Of a stretch of DNA of 64,000 nucleotides, positions 49,816 through 60,894 are shown one piece after another. The notes beneath the pieces were generated by a model. It worked only from the letters and a program-made list of their open reading frames with translations. It made no database searches and had not been told where the DNA came from. The position numbers and the translations under genes were made by a program. The stretch's first letter is position 1. Each line of letters starts with the position of its first letter. The DNA comes from Gemmatimonadales bacterium (GTDB taxonomy: Bacteria > Gemmatimonadota > Gemmatimonadetes > Gemmatimonadales > GWC2-71-9). Location: NCBI GenBank assembly GCA_965249575.1, contig OZ252244.1, positions 640,001 to 704,000 on the forward strand. The letters run 5' to 3'.

Positions 49816-50490
49816 CTAAGGATCGGGTTCCGCCCGAGCGGCGCCGGGGATCGGCTCGCGCGACGGCGGGGCCCGGCCCGGCCGGGCCGTCTTGACCCGC
49901 ACCCGTTTACTCCAGCGAACGCGCATCGCCAGCAGGGTCACCAGGATCAAGCCGTAGGTGACGGGTAGCCGGACATCGGCCTTTACCAGCCACAGGTAGT
50001 GCAGGATGCCGGCGGCGGCGGCCACGTAGACCAGTCGGTGCAACTGGCTCCAACGCTTCCCGCCCAACCGCTTGACCATCTTCTTGGTCGACGTCACCGC
50101 AAGAGGGATGAGTAGCAGGAAGCTGGTGAATCCCACCGTGATGAACGGCCGCTTGGCCACGTCGTCCACGATGTCGGCGAGCGAAAAGAATTGGTCGAGA
50201 ACCAGGTAGGTCGAGAAATGGAACGCTGCGTAGAAGAACGCGAAGAGACCCAACATGCGTCGGAATTGGATCAGGTCGCTCCATCGAAGCAATCGCCGCG
50301 CCGGGGTGATGGCCAACGTGATCAGCAGGAAACGGAGCGTCCAGTCACCCGTACGGTGAGTGATGTCCTCGATGGGATTCGCACTCAGGTTCCCGGCGAC
50401 CGCGTCCCACGCGAGCCATGCGAAAGGCACGAGCGCGATGGAGAAGACCACCGGCTTGACAACGAGCCGGATGGCGCGGCTGCGAGCCAT
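49816..50490 (-). CDS. msrQ: Protein-methionine-sulfoxide reductase heme-binding subunit
   Basis: TLAITP, RRMLGLFAFFY..H, LAVTS, WSQLHRLVY, HYLWLVK. Confidence 0.93.
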   Translation of the reverse strand: MARSRAIRLVVKPVVFSIALVPFAWLAWDAVAGNLSANPIEDITHRTGDWTLRFLLITLAITPARRLLRWSDLIQFRRMLGLFAFFYAAFHFSTYLVLDQFFSLADIVDDVAKRPFITVGFTSFLLLIPLAVTSTKKMVKRLGGKRWSQLHRLVYVAAAAGILHYLWLVKADVRLPVTYGLILVTLLAMRVRWSKRVRVKTARPGRAPPSREPIPGAARAEPDP

Positions 50491-50498
50491 GGGGGCGC

Positions 50499-51452
50499 TC
50501 AGTAGTTGCGGCGCAAGTCCATGCCACGGTAGAGGTGCGCCACCTCATTGGCGTAGCCGTTGAACGGGAGGGTTTTCCGCTTCAAGAACTCGCCAATCCG
50601 CCGCTCCCGCTTTTGGCTCCAGCGGGGATGATCGACCTCGGGATTGACGTTCGAGTAGAAACCGTACTCCCCTGGGTTCGCGGCCTGCCAAGTGTTTATC
50701 GGCTGCTGCGCGACGAGCCGGATCCGCACGATCGACTTGGCACTCTTGAATCCGTACTTCCAGGGGACAACGAGGCGGATAGGGGCACCGTTCTGATTGA
50801 GTAATTCCTTGCCATAGAGACCCGTGGCCAAGATGGCCAGGGGGTGCATGGCCTCGTCCATACGCAACCCCTCGAGGTAGGGCCATTCGAGTATCGGCCG
50901 GCGTTGTCCCGGCATCTGCTCAGGATCGTGGAGAGTGTAGAGCTCGACAAATCTCGCCTTGGAGGTCGGCTCGACCCGCTTGAGGAGGTCGCCGAGCGGG
51001 AACCCCAGCCAGGGGACGACCATCGACCAGGCTTCGACGCATCGCAGCCGATAGGTGCGTTCCTCTCTCGGGTGATGCGCCAGGATATCGTCGATATCGA
51101 ACGTCGCGGGCTTGTGCACCTCGCCATCGACGTCGAGCGTCCACGGTCGGGTTCTGAGAGAACCAGCGTATTTCTTGGGATCGGACTTGGCCGTCCCGAA
51201 CTCGTAGAAATTGTTGTAGCTGGTAATCGCCTCGAACGACGTCAGCTTTTCGTCTCCCGCCGCCGCTCGGCCTCCCCGGCTCTGCGGAGCCGAGGCAAGT
51301 AGCTCCGGGGTGGCGAGCCAAGGAGTCGCCATGCCCGCGGCGGTGGCGAGCCCCGCACCAGCCGCGCGACGGATGAACTGCCGACGGTCTACGTAGAGCT
51401 GTTCGTCGGTAATCTGTGAAGCAGCGATATCGGCCGCTCGCTTGATGAGCAT
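50499..51452 (-). CDS. msrP: Protein-methionine-sulfoxide reductase catalytic molybdoenzyme
   Basis: Tat [44 protein letters not shown]. Confidence 0.96.
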   Translation of the reverse strand: MLIKRAADIAASQITDEQLYVDRRQFIRRAAGAGLATAAGMATPWLATPELLASAPQSRGGRAAAGDEKLTSFEAITSYNNFYEFGTAKSDPKKYAGSLRTRPWTLDVDGEVHKPATFDIDDILAHHPREERTYRLRCVEAWSMVVPWLGFPLGDLLKRVEPTSKARFVELYTLHDPEQMPGQRRPILEWPYLEGLRMDEAMHPLAILATGLYGKELLNQNGAPIRLVVPWKYGFKSAKSIVRIRLVAQQPINTWQAANPGEYGFYSNVNPEVDHPRWSQKRERRIGEFLKRKTLPFNGYANEVAHLYRGMDLRRNY

Positions 51453-51581
51453 CGTGAGTCTCCTAAAAGGGACCGCGCAATCGTCGTTCCTTCGTACGAC
51501 GGGACGGCTCTAGGGGTTCCAATCCTTAGAACCTTCTAATATGGGGAAGGACGCCCCCAGGACCGGCCGCTGCGGGCCAGA

Positions 51582-52742
51582 TCAGTGGGCCGCGCCTTTT
51601 ACCGCCCCGAGCCGCTCGACTGCTTCCGCCAACACTCCCTCCGTTTTACAGAACGCGAAACGTATGAGACGCCGTCCCCGCTCGGGGTCGCTCATGAAAC
51701 TCGAGCCCGGTACAGGGGCCACGCCGATTTCGGCTGTGAGCCATTCGGCAAACGCTGTGTCACGCTCGGCGCTCAGCGCGGAGAAATCCGCCAGAATGTA
51801 GTAAGCTCCCTCCGGTGGGGTGCAGGAGAAGCCCGCCCCGACGAGCCCCCGGTGCAGCAAGTCTCGGCGCCGCCGATACCCCTGGGCCAGCTCTTCGAAA
51901 TAAGACGAACCGAGGCTCTCTAGAGCGGTCGCCACGGCGTCTTGGAGTGGGGCCGGCGCTCCGACCGTCAGAAAATCGTGGACCTTCCGAATCGCCCCTG
52001 TTATTCCCTCCGGCGCCACGATCGTACCGATCCGCCACCCAGTGATGCTGAACGTTTTCGACGCACCGCTGATCGTGATGGTTCGGTCGCGCATCCCGGG
52101 TAGCGTGGCCATCGGAATGTGCTCGCCTTCATAGTAGATGTGCTCGTAGATCTCGTCCGTCACTGCGAAAGCGTCATAGCGTTGGCAGAGCTCGGCAATC
52201 CCTTCGAGCTCGGTGCGCGAGAGGACCCGTCCGGTGGGGTTATTCGGCGTATTGACGATGATCGCACGGGTACGCGGCGAGAACGCAGCACGGAGTCGGT
52301 CGAGATCCAACGGACCGCTCGGCGACAGGGGGACGAACACCGGCTTGGCATCGCACAGAATGGCGTCCGGCCCGTAGTTCTCGTAGAACGGCTCGAAAAC
52401 CACGACCTCCTCGCCAGGATCGACCGTGGCGAGCAGTGTTGACGCCATCGCCTCTGTCGCGCCGCACGTGATCGTGATCTCCCGATCGGCGTCGACCTCC
52501 AGGCCGTACCAGTCGGCGTAGCGCGCCGCCAACGCTGAGCGAAGCCGTGCCGCACCCCACGTTATCGAATATTGATTGATATCGGCGCGGATCGCCTTGG
52601 CGGCCGCCTCTTTGAGGAGGTCGGGAGCCGCGAAGTCCGGAAACCCCTGAGCGAGGTTGATGGCCTCGTGCTCGGCGGCGAGGCGGGTCATGCCCCGGAT
52701 CACCGACTCCACGAAACCATGTGTGCGTTGGGCTGATCTCAT
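51582..52742 (-). CDS. Class I/II PLP aminotransferase (YbdL/AspC-like)
   Basis: INLAQGFPDF, NTPNNPTG, DEIYEHI, SKTFSITGWRIG. Confidence 0.93.
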   Translation of the reverse strand: MRSAQRTHGFVESVIRGMTRLAAEHEAINLAQGFPDFAAPDLLKEAAAKAIRADINQYSITWGAARLRSALAARYADWYGLEVDADREITITCGATEAMASTLLATVDPGEEVVVFEPFYENYGPDAILCDAKPVFVPLSPSGPLDLDRLRAAFSPRTRAIIVNTPNNPTGRVLSRTELEGIAELCQRYDAFAVTDEIYEHIYYEGEHIPMATLPGMRDRTITISGASKTFSITGWRIGTIVAPEGITGAIRKVHDFLTVGAPAPLQDAVATALESLGSSYFEELAQGYRRRRDLLHRGLVGAGFSCTPPEGAYYILADFSALSAERDTAFAEWLTAEIGVAPVPGSSFMSDPERGRRLIRFAFCKTEGVLAEAVERLGAVKGAAH

Positions 52743-52795
52743 AAATGAGTGGCTCGATGCAAGGGATTCGAACGAGTCGCGCCTGGGTCCATTAA

Positions 52796-55201
52796 TCAGG
52801 ACGGTACTGAAACGGTGACCGTCGTGCCTTCGCCGAATGCGCTCCGGACCTCTATCTGTCCGCCCCAGGAGTTCACGAGTCGTCGGCAGATCGCCAATCC
52901 AAGACCGGTTCCACTGGTCGTTGTCGAGAACCGCGGCTCAAAGATGTGAGGGAGATCCTCCGCTCGGACACCCCGGCCATCGTCGGCGACGGAGACCCGG
53001 GCGCCCCCGCCTGCGTCGCGCAGGACGCCGATGGTCACCGTCCGCGCCCCTGCGGTCCGGGCGTTTTCGATCAGGTTGACCAGCACTTCTTTGAATTCGT
53101 CCTTCCGGACCCTGGCCTCGACGGAAGCCTCCGCCTCGACCCGAACCTGCGCGCCGCCACCCAACGAATACAGGGTGATGGTTTCTTCAGCCAGCACCGC
53201 GAGGTTCAGCACGTCGAGCGGGCCCGCGTCGATGGAGGGGGCGCCAAAGCGGCCGAAGGCACGCGCGATAGCGTTCAATCGTTCGATCTCGGCGAGGATC
53301 TGGCGGGTGGTCCGGTCGAGTGTCGCCCGAAAATCGCCCGTAGCGTCTGCTGGATGGCGATATCCCGCTCGCGACGGGCATCGGTACGGAGCCGACCCGC
53401 GGCGAGCACGGCGAAACCCAGTGTCGGAACGACGAAGAACACCGCCAACGCTGCCGCGAGCCGCGTCCGGTAGGATCGAGTGCCCAAGACCGACCCCAGT
53501 CGCCCCTTAAGCTGCACCCCTCCTCGCACCTGCTCGGCCCCGACCACCAGGAACGCCACGAATACGAGGTTCGCGAGAATCATCAGCGCTCCTCGTACGA
53601 GCAGGGGAGCCCATCCACCCAGGGAGACCGTGACATGCAGGTGGCGGGTACCGCCGGGCAGGTCGAGATGGCGCTCCCCTCTCGCTTCCCAACCCTCGCG
53701 CACCCACTCGATTCGGCTCGGACCCGCATGGCCGAGAACGGGCTCCGAAAGCCCCACAGTGTACGGAACGGCAGACGCGTCGTCGCCCCGGAGGAATCGG
53801 CTCAGGCGAAGCGGCGGGTAGAGCCGTGAGCGGGGCCCGACTCCGACCGTCACAACAAACCCGCGCGCCACCGGCTGAGCCAAGACTGGGTGCACGCCGG
53901 AGACCCTAGTGAGTTCCTCAACGGTGGGTGCGCCCCGCGCGGCGGCACTCGCCGCGAGTGAGCGCAAAAGCGGCGCAGGTAGGTCCAATTCGGCAAGGTC
54001 CAAGCGAACAACCAGGCCGCCGTCGGGTCCCCAAGTGGCGAGAACCGCCGGGTAACCTTCACGGCTGAGCATGGTGCCCTGCCACCGGGCGTAGAGGTCT
54101 GACTGGGTCATGGGGGCTCCTCCGCCACGAGTCCCGACCCGAGTCGCGAGAGCAGCCCAACCGCAATGGGGTCCCGACCGTCGCCGAGACGGTCCGCGTC
54201 GGCTCCCGCCTGGTCGATTCTGCGCTCGAGGACTGTGCTCCACGTGAGCGCCGCCGCCAGTGTGCCGGCGACGACAGCTGACGTAACAACTGCCTGGGTT
54301 CGGGCGGTCGGTAGAACAGCGAGGGCCAGCGCCGGAACCCAGACCAGCGAATACCAGATAGGCCACGGATTGCCCGGTTCCCACAGCGAGAGCGAGAGCG
54401 CGCCAAGGGCTAGAGACCACAACGCGGCGACAATCCCTGGGGCGCGTCGTGAGACCCCGACGCCGCTGGCACGCACCAGCGCCCCGGCGAAAAGGATGGA
54501 CGACGCGCAGGCCGCGGCCAGGCTCGTTTGCCAACCGAGCCACAGGAAAGCGCTCGCTCCCGTTACGGGCGGAGTAATGCCCTGTGCGAGGGCTCGAAGC
54601 GCGAGCGGCGTGAGCGTGACCAGCGAGCCGGCAAGCGACCAGGCCAGCGTGCGTGAAATGCGCGGTCGGTGCCACCACAACGCGGCCGCCGCCGTCGCCA
54701 GAGCGCCGGCGGTGATCAGGGCGCCGCTCGACGCCGAAACCGGCCCGAGGGTGGGGGAATAAAACGTCGCCGAGGAGAACAGGGTATCCAAGCCCACGCG
54801 GGTCCCGGCCGGAGTGAGCGAAACATGGGAGCCGGTTCCAAACTCGCCTCCGCCCCGCGGTCCGCCAGTTCTCTCGCCATGGATACCGCGTCACTCAGCG
54901 TAGCGTCGAGGCGTTGGCTCGCGCGTTGGATGAGCTCCTCGTGGACGCGCTCCCAATCGTCCTCCACCGCTCTCACCTCCCGCGACGCCTGGAACGCGAT
55001 ACCAGATCCCGTCAAGCCGACCAGCGCCGTTCCTAGCAGTGGCAGACGCCTCAACCGCCAAGCGGCAGCGGCGCCCAGCGCCCCGACGAGGAGGGCAGCG
55101 ACCGCCCAACTCGTCGAGGGTGTGACCAGCCAAGCCCCGAGCGCCGTGGCCTGCGCTCCCACGCCAAGTGCTGGATGAACGAACCGGGAGCGCATCAACA
55201 A
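52796..55201 (-). pseudogene. Large membrane sensor histidine kinase (NtrY-like) in three out-of-frame pieces, with HAMP and H-box absent
   Basis: HATPase N, G1, F and G2 boxes (NLIENA, DDGRG, FEPRFST, GTGLGL) at 52796-53340; multi-TM region 53345-54800; N-terminal TMs 54805-55201. Confidence 0.75.
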
Positions 55202-55906
55202 CCTCTATTACTCAAGTATCTGAGTCCCGATCGGGCGCGCGCTATCCTCGAGCGTGACCCTCGCTTGATCGTTCCCGTTGGGACGACGGAGCAACACGGC
55301 CCGCACCTGCCGTTCGGATGCGACACGATCATCGTCGAGCATCTCGCGAACCACCTCTCTGCCGAATTTGGAGTGCTCCGCGCCCCTACTGTCGAATACG
55401 GCGTGAACTCGACGACCGGCGTTCGATACCCCGGAAACGCGAGCCTGCGCGCCAAAACGTTACACAGGTTCCTCAACGATCTCGTCGGAACGTGGGAGCT
55501 CGGAGGGGTACAACAGTTCGTCATCCTGACAGCCCACGGCCACGACCCACACCAGGAGGCCTTGAGCACGCTGAGTACTCGCCGAGCGACGGTGCGAACG
55601 GTAGACATATTCGCCGTTCCCCTGAGCGTAGACGGCCCCTCGCTCATCCATGGTGGGGAGATCGATACGTCGCTACTCCTGTACATTGACAAGTCCCTGG
55701 TCGACCTCGATCAGGCCCGAGACTTCGGGGTGTCGCGTCGCCGGTTTCGATTCGGGTCAGCCATTCCATCCGATAGTCCGGGATCCATAGGATTCCCGAC
55801 CTGTAGCTCGGCTGAGAAAGGTGAACAAATCTACAACCTCATCTACCACCGCATTGCTGAACGAGTGTTCGGCTACCATCCCAATGTCGGCACGCCGCAA
55901 GCCTAG
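55175..55906 (+). CDS. Creatininase/mycofactocin MftE family amidohydrolase
   Basis: PVGTTEQHGPHLPFGCD, AHGH, HGGEIDTS. Confidence 0.88.
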   Translation: MNEPGAHQQPLLLKYLSPDRARAILERDPRLIVPVGTTEQHGPHLPFGCDTIIVEHLANHLSAEFGVLRAPTVEYGVNSTTGVRYPGNASLRAKTLHRFLNDLVGTWELGGVQQFVILTAHGHDPHQEALSTLSTRRATVRTVDIFAVPLSVDGPSLIHGGEIDTSLLLYIDKSLVDLDQARDFGVSRRRFRFGSAIPSDSPGSIGFPTCSSAEKGEQIYNLIYHRIAERVFGYHPNVGTPQA

Positions 55907-56603
55907 CCCGCCGGCCCGCAGGGACGCGGGTGTGGTACTACTCGCCGCGCTCACCGTCGGCGCCCCGCCCACCACCGCCCGGGCCCAGACCCGGATCGTC
56001 GACCAGGGACAGTTCGGTATTCTACACCGGGGCCGCGTGATAGGCCGCGAGGATTTCGTGATCCGCGCTGGGAGGACGTCAACGGGGCGGGAAGGCTTCA
56101 CGATCACTTCGACCGCATCGTATCCTGCCGACGGCCCAAAGATTACCCTGTCGCCGAGAGTCGAGTTGGGAGTGGACTCACTTCCCCTGCTCATCCAGAT
56201 CGACGTATATGGCGATGGACCGCAACGGGTAATCGCCCAATTCGGCCGGCGGCGGGTGACGGTTCGGAGCGTGACGCCGAGAGGCGAGTCGGCGAAGGAG
56301 TACCCCGCGACTGGGCGCCAACTCGTCGCCGACGACTCCGTGTTCGCTTTGTACGCGATCCTCCCACTGGGCGGCAAGTCGCCGGTCAGCGTGATAGCGC
56401 CACGAGTGGGCACGCGCTCTTTGCTCGTGCTCGAGGACCTGGGCCTCGAGCGCACCGCCATCGGCCCCGAGTTCGCCGAGTTGCGACACGTCGCGTTGCG
56501 AGCGGCCGGCGCCGACCGGCACCTCTGGTATGACGCGGACGGGCGCCTCATGAAGGTCGAAATCGTGAGTACCGGCCTCGTCGCCGTCCGGGATCCTCGT
56601 TAG
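55884..56603 (+). CDS. Exported beta-rich hypothetical protein
   Basis: Signal-peptide-like segment ending ARA-Q, GREDF, LWYDADGRLMKV; start uncertain. Confidence 0.65.
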   Translation: MSARRKPSPPARRDAGVVLLAALTVGAPPTTARAQTRIVDQGQFGILHRGRVIGREDFVIRAGRTSTGREGFTITSTASYPADGPKITLSPRVELGVDSLPLLIQIDVYGDGPQRVIAQFGRRRVTVRSVTPRGESAKEYPATGRQLVADDSVFALYAILPLGGKSPVSVIAPRVGTRSLLVLEDLGLERTAIGPEFAELRHVALRAAGADRHLWYDADGRLMKVEIVSTGLVAVRDPR

Positions 56604-56867
56604 AGCACGCGTAACTGGGCCCCCGTCCAGCGGGATAGTCATCATTGATCGGTGCGCGGTTCGGTCTAACTTTGTGGGCGACATCCTGAAACCGGGGCGC
56701 ACGACCCGCCGTAGCGCAGGTAGCCCCTCCAAGGAGTCACGGGCGCAAAGCCGCGTGCCCGGGCGAGTCGAATCCGGTCGAGGGCCGGAGGCTCCGGAAG
56801 GTACCCGACCGCCGGTTCACGAGGCGGGTGAACGCCCCCAACGGCACGAGATCCCGAGGTTCCCGTG

Positions 56868-58376
56868 ATGGCCCGTACGATCCCCGTAGTGGCGATTGCC
56901 CTCGCCGGGCTCCCGGTCAGGGTGGCCGCCCAAGACGCGGCGCTACCGTCGGTGCCGCAAACCATTTCACTCGAGGAGGCGGTCGAGATCGCCCAGCGGT
57001 ACAACCCGTTGTTCCGACAGGTCGCAAACGACCGTCCGGCTGCCGCCTGGGGCGTCAGAAACGCCTACGCCGCGTTCCTACCCTCGCTCACCGCTAGTGG
57101 TGGGTTGAGTTATGAAGGGTCCGGGTCGCAGACGTTCTTGTCTCAAGAGTTCACCCAACCGTCCAGCACGGTGGGCTCATCGTACGCGCTATCGCTTTCA
57201 TGGCAGTTCTCGGGCGTCACGCTCATGCAGCCGGGACTCACCAAAGCCCGTTTGCGCGCCACCGATGCGACCGTGAGCGGTGCCCGTACGAACCTCAGGT
57301 CGGCGGTGCTGCAGCGCTATCTCGCCGTCCTTCAGGCGGACGCGCAGGTGGCCCTTGCCGAGTCCCAGCTCAGCCGGAACGAGGAGTTCCTGCGGCTGGC
57401 CCAAGCCCGGTTGGACGTGGGGCAGGCGACGGTGCTCGACGTGCGGCAGGCGGAGGTCGCCGAGGGCCAGGCCGAGGTGGCGCTATTGCGGGCACGCCAT
57501 CGGGTCAACGTGGACAAGCTGCGTTTGTTTCAGGAGATCGGGGTTCCGGCCCCAGCCGACCCGGCGGTGGTGGAGCTGTCGGACTCTTTTCCGGTCGTTC
57601 TGCCGGCGTGGGAGCTCACCGACCTCCTCGCCGATGCGGAGCGCCACAACCCGGACGTCAACGCTCTCCGGGCACAGGAATCCGCCGCTCGATGGGGTGA
57701 GCGCGCGGCGCGGTCCAACTGGTTTCCCACTCTGACACTGACGGCCGGCTGGTCGGGATTCACGCGGCAGTTCCGGAACACCGATTTTCTCGTCTCGCGG
57801 AGCCGACTCGACGCCGACGCGAACGCTGCCGCGTGCGATGTGCAGAACACACTCAACGCCGATGCGAACGCACGGCTCGGCACCACGCTCCCGATTTTCA
57901 ACTGCAATCTCTTTCAGTTCGGTCCGGGCGACGAAGCAAGTATCCGCAGTCAGAATTCGGTCTTCCCGTTTGACTTCACGAAGCAGCCCTTTTCGGCTCG
58001 CATGACCATTTCTCTTCCAATATTCCAACAGCTCTCGCGCCCCCTTCAGGTTTCGGAGGCTGCCGCCCAGACGGATGACGCGCGGGAGGCACTCCGGGCT
58101 CGAGAGCTGGCCGTGAGAACCGACGTGAGCGAAGCGTACTTCGGGCTACAAACGGCCTACGAAACCGTCGCGATCCAGGACCGCAATCGCACCGCCGCCA
58201 GCGAGCAGTTGCGGCTGGCCACGGAGCGGTACCGAGTCGGGTCGGGCACGTTCTTCGAGCTACTCGACGCGCAACTCGCCGCCGATCGGGCGGAATCGGA
58301 CCATGTCGCAGCCGTGTACGATTATCACCGGGCCATCGCCGCCCTCGAAACCGCGGTCGGCCGGCCGCTACGATAG
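56868..58376 (+). CDS. TolC family outer membrane efflux protein
   Basis: Signal peptide, ISLEEAV, two OEP repeats, ERYRVGSGTFFELLDAQ. Confidence 0.92.
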   Translation: MARTIPVVAIALAGLPVRVAAQDAALPSVPQTISLEEAVEIAQRYNPLFRQVANDRPAAAWGVRNAYAAFLPSLTASGGLSYEGSGSQTFLSQEFTQPSSTVGSSYALSLSWQFSGVTLMQPGLTKARLRATDATVSGARTNLRSAVLQRYLAVLQADAQVALAESQLSRNEEFLRLAQARLDVGQATVLDVRQAEVAEGQAEVALLRARHRVNVDKLRLFQEIGVPAPADPAVVELSDSFPVVLPAWELTDLLADAERHNPDVNALRAQESAARWGERAARSNWFPTLTLTAGWSGFTRQFRNTDFLVSRSRLDADANAAACDVQNTLNADANARLGTTLPIFNCNLFQFGPGDEASIRSQNSVFPFDFTKQPFSARMTISLPIFQQLSRPLQVSEAAAQTDDAREALRARELAVRTDVSEAYFGLQTAYETVAIQDRNRTAASEQLRLATERYRVGSGTFFELLDAQLAADRAESDHVAAVYDYHRAIAALETAVGRPLR

Positions 58377-58388
58377 GAGCACGCATCG

Positions 58389-59648
58389 ATGACGGGTCGC
58401 CGCAAGATCCTCGCATTGGTCGGCATTGTCGTTGCCGTCGGGGGCCTCGTCGCGTTCAGTATTTTCTTCCGCCGAGACAAGGGAGTTGAAGTTCGACTAG
58501 AGCCGATCCATCGGCGGGACCTCGTCGCCACGGTCAGCGCCAGCGGGAAGATCGTACCCCAGCGGACGGTGGACATCAGCGCCGACATCACGGGCCGCAT
58601 CACCCGGATCGCGGTGCGCGAGGGGGAGTTCGTCAGACGCGGCGATCTCCTCCTGCGGATCGATCCATCGCAATACCAGTCGGCGGTTGCTCGCGGGCGC
58701 GCCGCGACCTCGTCAGCCGAGGCGTCGGCGGTGCAAGCGGCAGCGAACCGGGATCAGGCGAAGCGCGCGCTCGATCGCGCGCTCAAGCTCCGGGAGCGCG
58801 ACGCGCAACTCGTCTCCTTGGAGCAGCTCGAACAGGCGCAAACGGCCTATGACGTAGCGAAGGCACTGACCACTTCCGCGGACCACCAGGTCGAGCAGGC
58901 GCGCGCCGCCCTGCGGGAAGCCCAGGATCAGCTGGCCAAGACGGTGCTACGCGCGCCGATGGACGGCCAGGTGACTCGGGTTGCGGTCGAAGAGGGAGAG
59001 GTCGCCGTACCGGGCACGTTCTCGAGGGAAACGGGTCTCCTCATGACCGTGAGCGACCTGTCAATCATCCTCGCCAAAGTGGAGGTGGACGAGACGGACG
59101 TCGTCCGCCTGAGCATGGGAGACTCGGCCAGAATCGACATCGACGCGTTTCCGGGAGGGGGCTTCACGGGCCGGGTCACGAAGATCGCGCGGAGTGCCAT
59201 TCGCCAGCCCACGACCGGAGTGCAGGGCGATCAGTCGGTTGATTACGACGTGGAGGTGACGCTCGACGATCCGCCGGCAGACATCCGGCCCGATCTGTCC
59301 ACCACTGCCAGGATCGTCACCGCAATTCGCGATTCCGTCCTCAGCGTGCCGATCATCGCACTGACCGTGCGGGATCATCTTCCCTTCTCGACCGAAACCG
59401 CGCCACGGGACACCGTCGAGGCCCGTTTGGAAACCGAGGGGGTCTTTATCGTCGAGCAGGGCCGGGCGCATTTTCGTCCCACCACCGTCGGCATTGCGGG
59501 TGAGGAGCACTTCGAGGTGCTCGAAGGCCTTCGAGAGGGCGACATCATCGTAGCGGGACCCTATCAGGCCGTCCGCGATCTCAAGGACAGCGCTCGAGTG
59601 CGCGCCTTGAAGCCGGACTCCGAGAACGGCCGCGCGAGCGGCAGTTAG
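58389..59648 (+). CDS. MacA/HlyD-type periplasmic adaptor subunit
   Basis: VSASGKI, VREGEFVRRGDLL, LRAPMDGQV, VEVDETDV. Confidence 0.92.
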   Translation: MTGRRKILALVGIVVAVGGLVAFSIFFRRDKGVEVRLEPIHRRDLVATVSASGKIVPQRTVDISADITGRITRIAVREGEFVRRGDLLLRIDPSQYQSAVARGRAATSSAEASAVQAAANRDQAKRALDRALKLRERDAQLVSLEQLEQAQTAYDVAKALTTSADHQVEQARAALREAQDQLAKTVLRAPMDGQVTRVAVEEGEVAVPGTFSRETGLLMTVSDLSIILAKVEVDETDVVRLSMGDSARIDIDAFPGGGFTGRVTKIARSAIRQPTTGVQGDQSVDYDVEVTLDDPPADIRPDLSTTARIVTAIRDSVLSVPIIALTVRDHLPFSTETAPRDTVEARLETEGVFIVEQGRAHFRPTTVGIAGEEHFEVLEGLREGDIIVAGPYQAVRDLKDSARVRALKPDSENGRASGS

Positions 59649-59650
59649 TC

Positions 59651-60892
59651 TTGTCCCTGGTCGAGGCGGTACGCATCGCTCTCGGCTCCCTGTGGTCGAG
59701 TAAGCTCAAGAGCGGCTTCGCGCTCGTCGGTGTGTTCGTCGGCGTCACCTTCCTCATCGCCGTCGTCTCGATCGTGGAGGGGATGAACACGTATATGACC
59801 GACCGTTTCGCCGGGACGTTGCTCGGCGTCAACACTTTCCAGCTACGGCAGCGACCCGATTTCAACCTCGGCAACACCCCAGTCGAGACGAGGCGCATGT
59901 GGCGCCGGCGGCCCCGCATCACCCACGCCGACGCTCGTGCCGTCGAACGCGGGATCGAGACTTCGGTGCTCACCGCGTGGCGGTCGAGCACCCATCTAGC
60001 GTTCGATTATGGCGGTCGCTCCGCCAAAGACATCGAGGTTATCGCGGCCACCGCGTCGTACTTCGACGTCAAGGGACTGAAGCTCGACCGAGGGCGCGCC
60101 TTCTCGCCACAGGAAGTCCGGGCGGGCCTCCCAGTGCTGGTAGTGGGTTGGGAAATCGCGGATCGGTTGTTCGAGGGTCGCGATCCGCTGGGCCGTTACA
60201 TCAGGATGCGGGGCGTGCCCTATCGGATCATCGGGGTCGTGGAGCGCCAAGGAAACCTCTTCGGCATCTCGTTGGACAAGTTCGGGATCGCACCCGCCAC
60301 CTCCCCAGTCAAGCAGTTCATCAACCCCCATGGAGTGATCGACGGTCTGATCGTCAAGGCACACTCCGTCGAGGATATGCGCCTGGCGATGGACGAGGCC
60401 GAAGCGGTCATGCGGGGCCGGCGCCGGCTGCGGCCTACCGAGGAGAACGACTTCACGCTCGAGACCGCCGATGCCGTGCTCGAATTCTGGAGCAGGATCA
60501 ACCGCGTGTTGCTCGCGGCGCTCCCAGGCCTGGTCAGTGTTTCGTTGGTCGTGAGCGGCATCGTGATCATGAATATCATGTTGATCGCCGTCGCCGAGCG
60601 GACGAGGGAGATCGGCATTCGGAAGTCTCTTGGCGCGCGCCGCCGGGATGTGCTGAGGCAGTTTCTCGTCGAATCGGTCGCCCTGACGACGTTGGGTGCC
60701 GGGCTCGGCGTGGTGGCCGGCATCGCGCTCGCCGCCGTGGTAGAGGCCACGACACCGTTGCCAACGACCGTGGCGCCTTGGTCCGTGCTGGTCGGGGTCG
60801 CCCTCGGTAGCTGCGTAGGCATCGCGGCCGGCGTGTATCCGGCGATGCGAGCTGCACAGCTGGACCCGATAGCCGCCCTCCACCACGAGTAG
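59651..60892 (+). CDS. MacB/FtsX-like ABC permease (1 of 4)
   Basis: KLKSGFALVG, IMNIMLIAVAERTREIGIRKSLGA, YPAMRAAQLDPI. Confidence 0.92.
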   Translation: MSLVEAVRIALGSLWSSKLKSGFALVGVFVGVTFLIAVVSIVEGMNTYMTDRFAGTLLGVNTFQLRQRPDFNLGNTPVETRRMWRRRPRITHADARAVERGIETSVLTAWRSSTHLAFDYGGRSAKDIEVIAATASYFDVKGLKLDRGRAFSPQEVRAGLPVLVVGWEIADRLFEGRDPLGRYIRMRGVPYRIIGVVERQGNLFGISLDKFGIAPATSPVKQFINPHGVIDGLIVKAHSVEDMRLAMDEAEAVMRGRRRLRPTEENDFTLETADAVLEFWSRINRVLLAALPGLVSVSLVVSGIVIMNIMLIAVAERTREIGIRKSLGARRRDVLRQFLVESVALTTLGAGLGVVAGIALAAVVEATTPLPTTVAPWSVLVGVALGSCVGIAAGVYPAMRAAQLDPIAALHHE

Positions 60893-60894
60893 CC

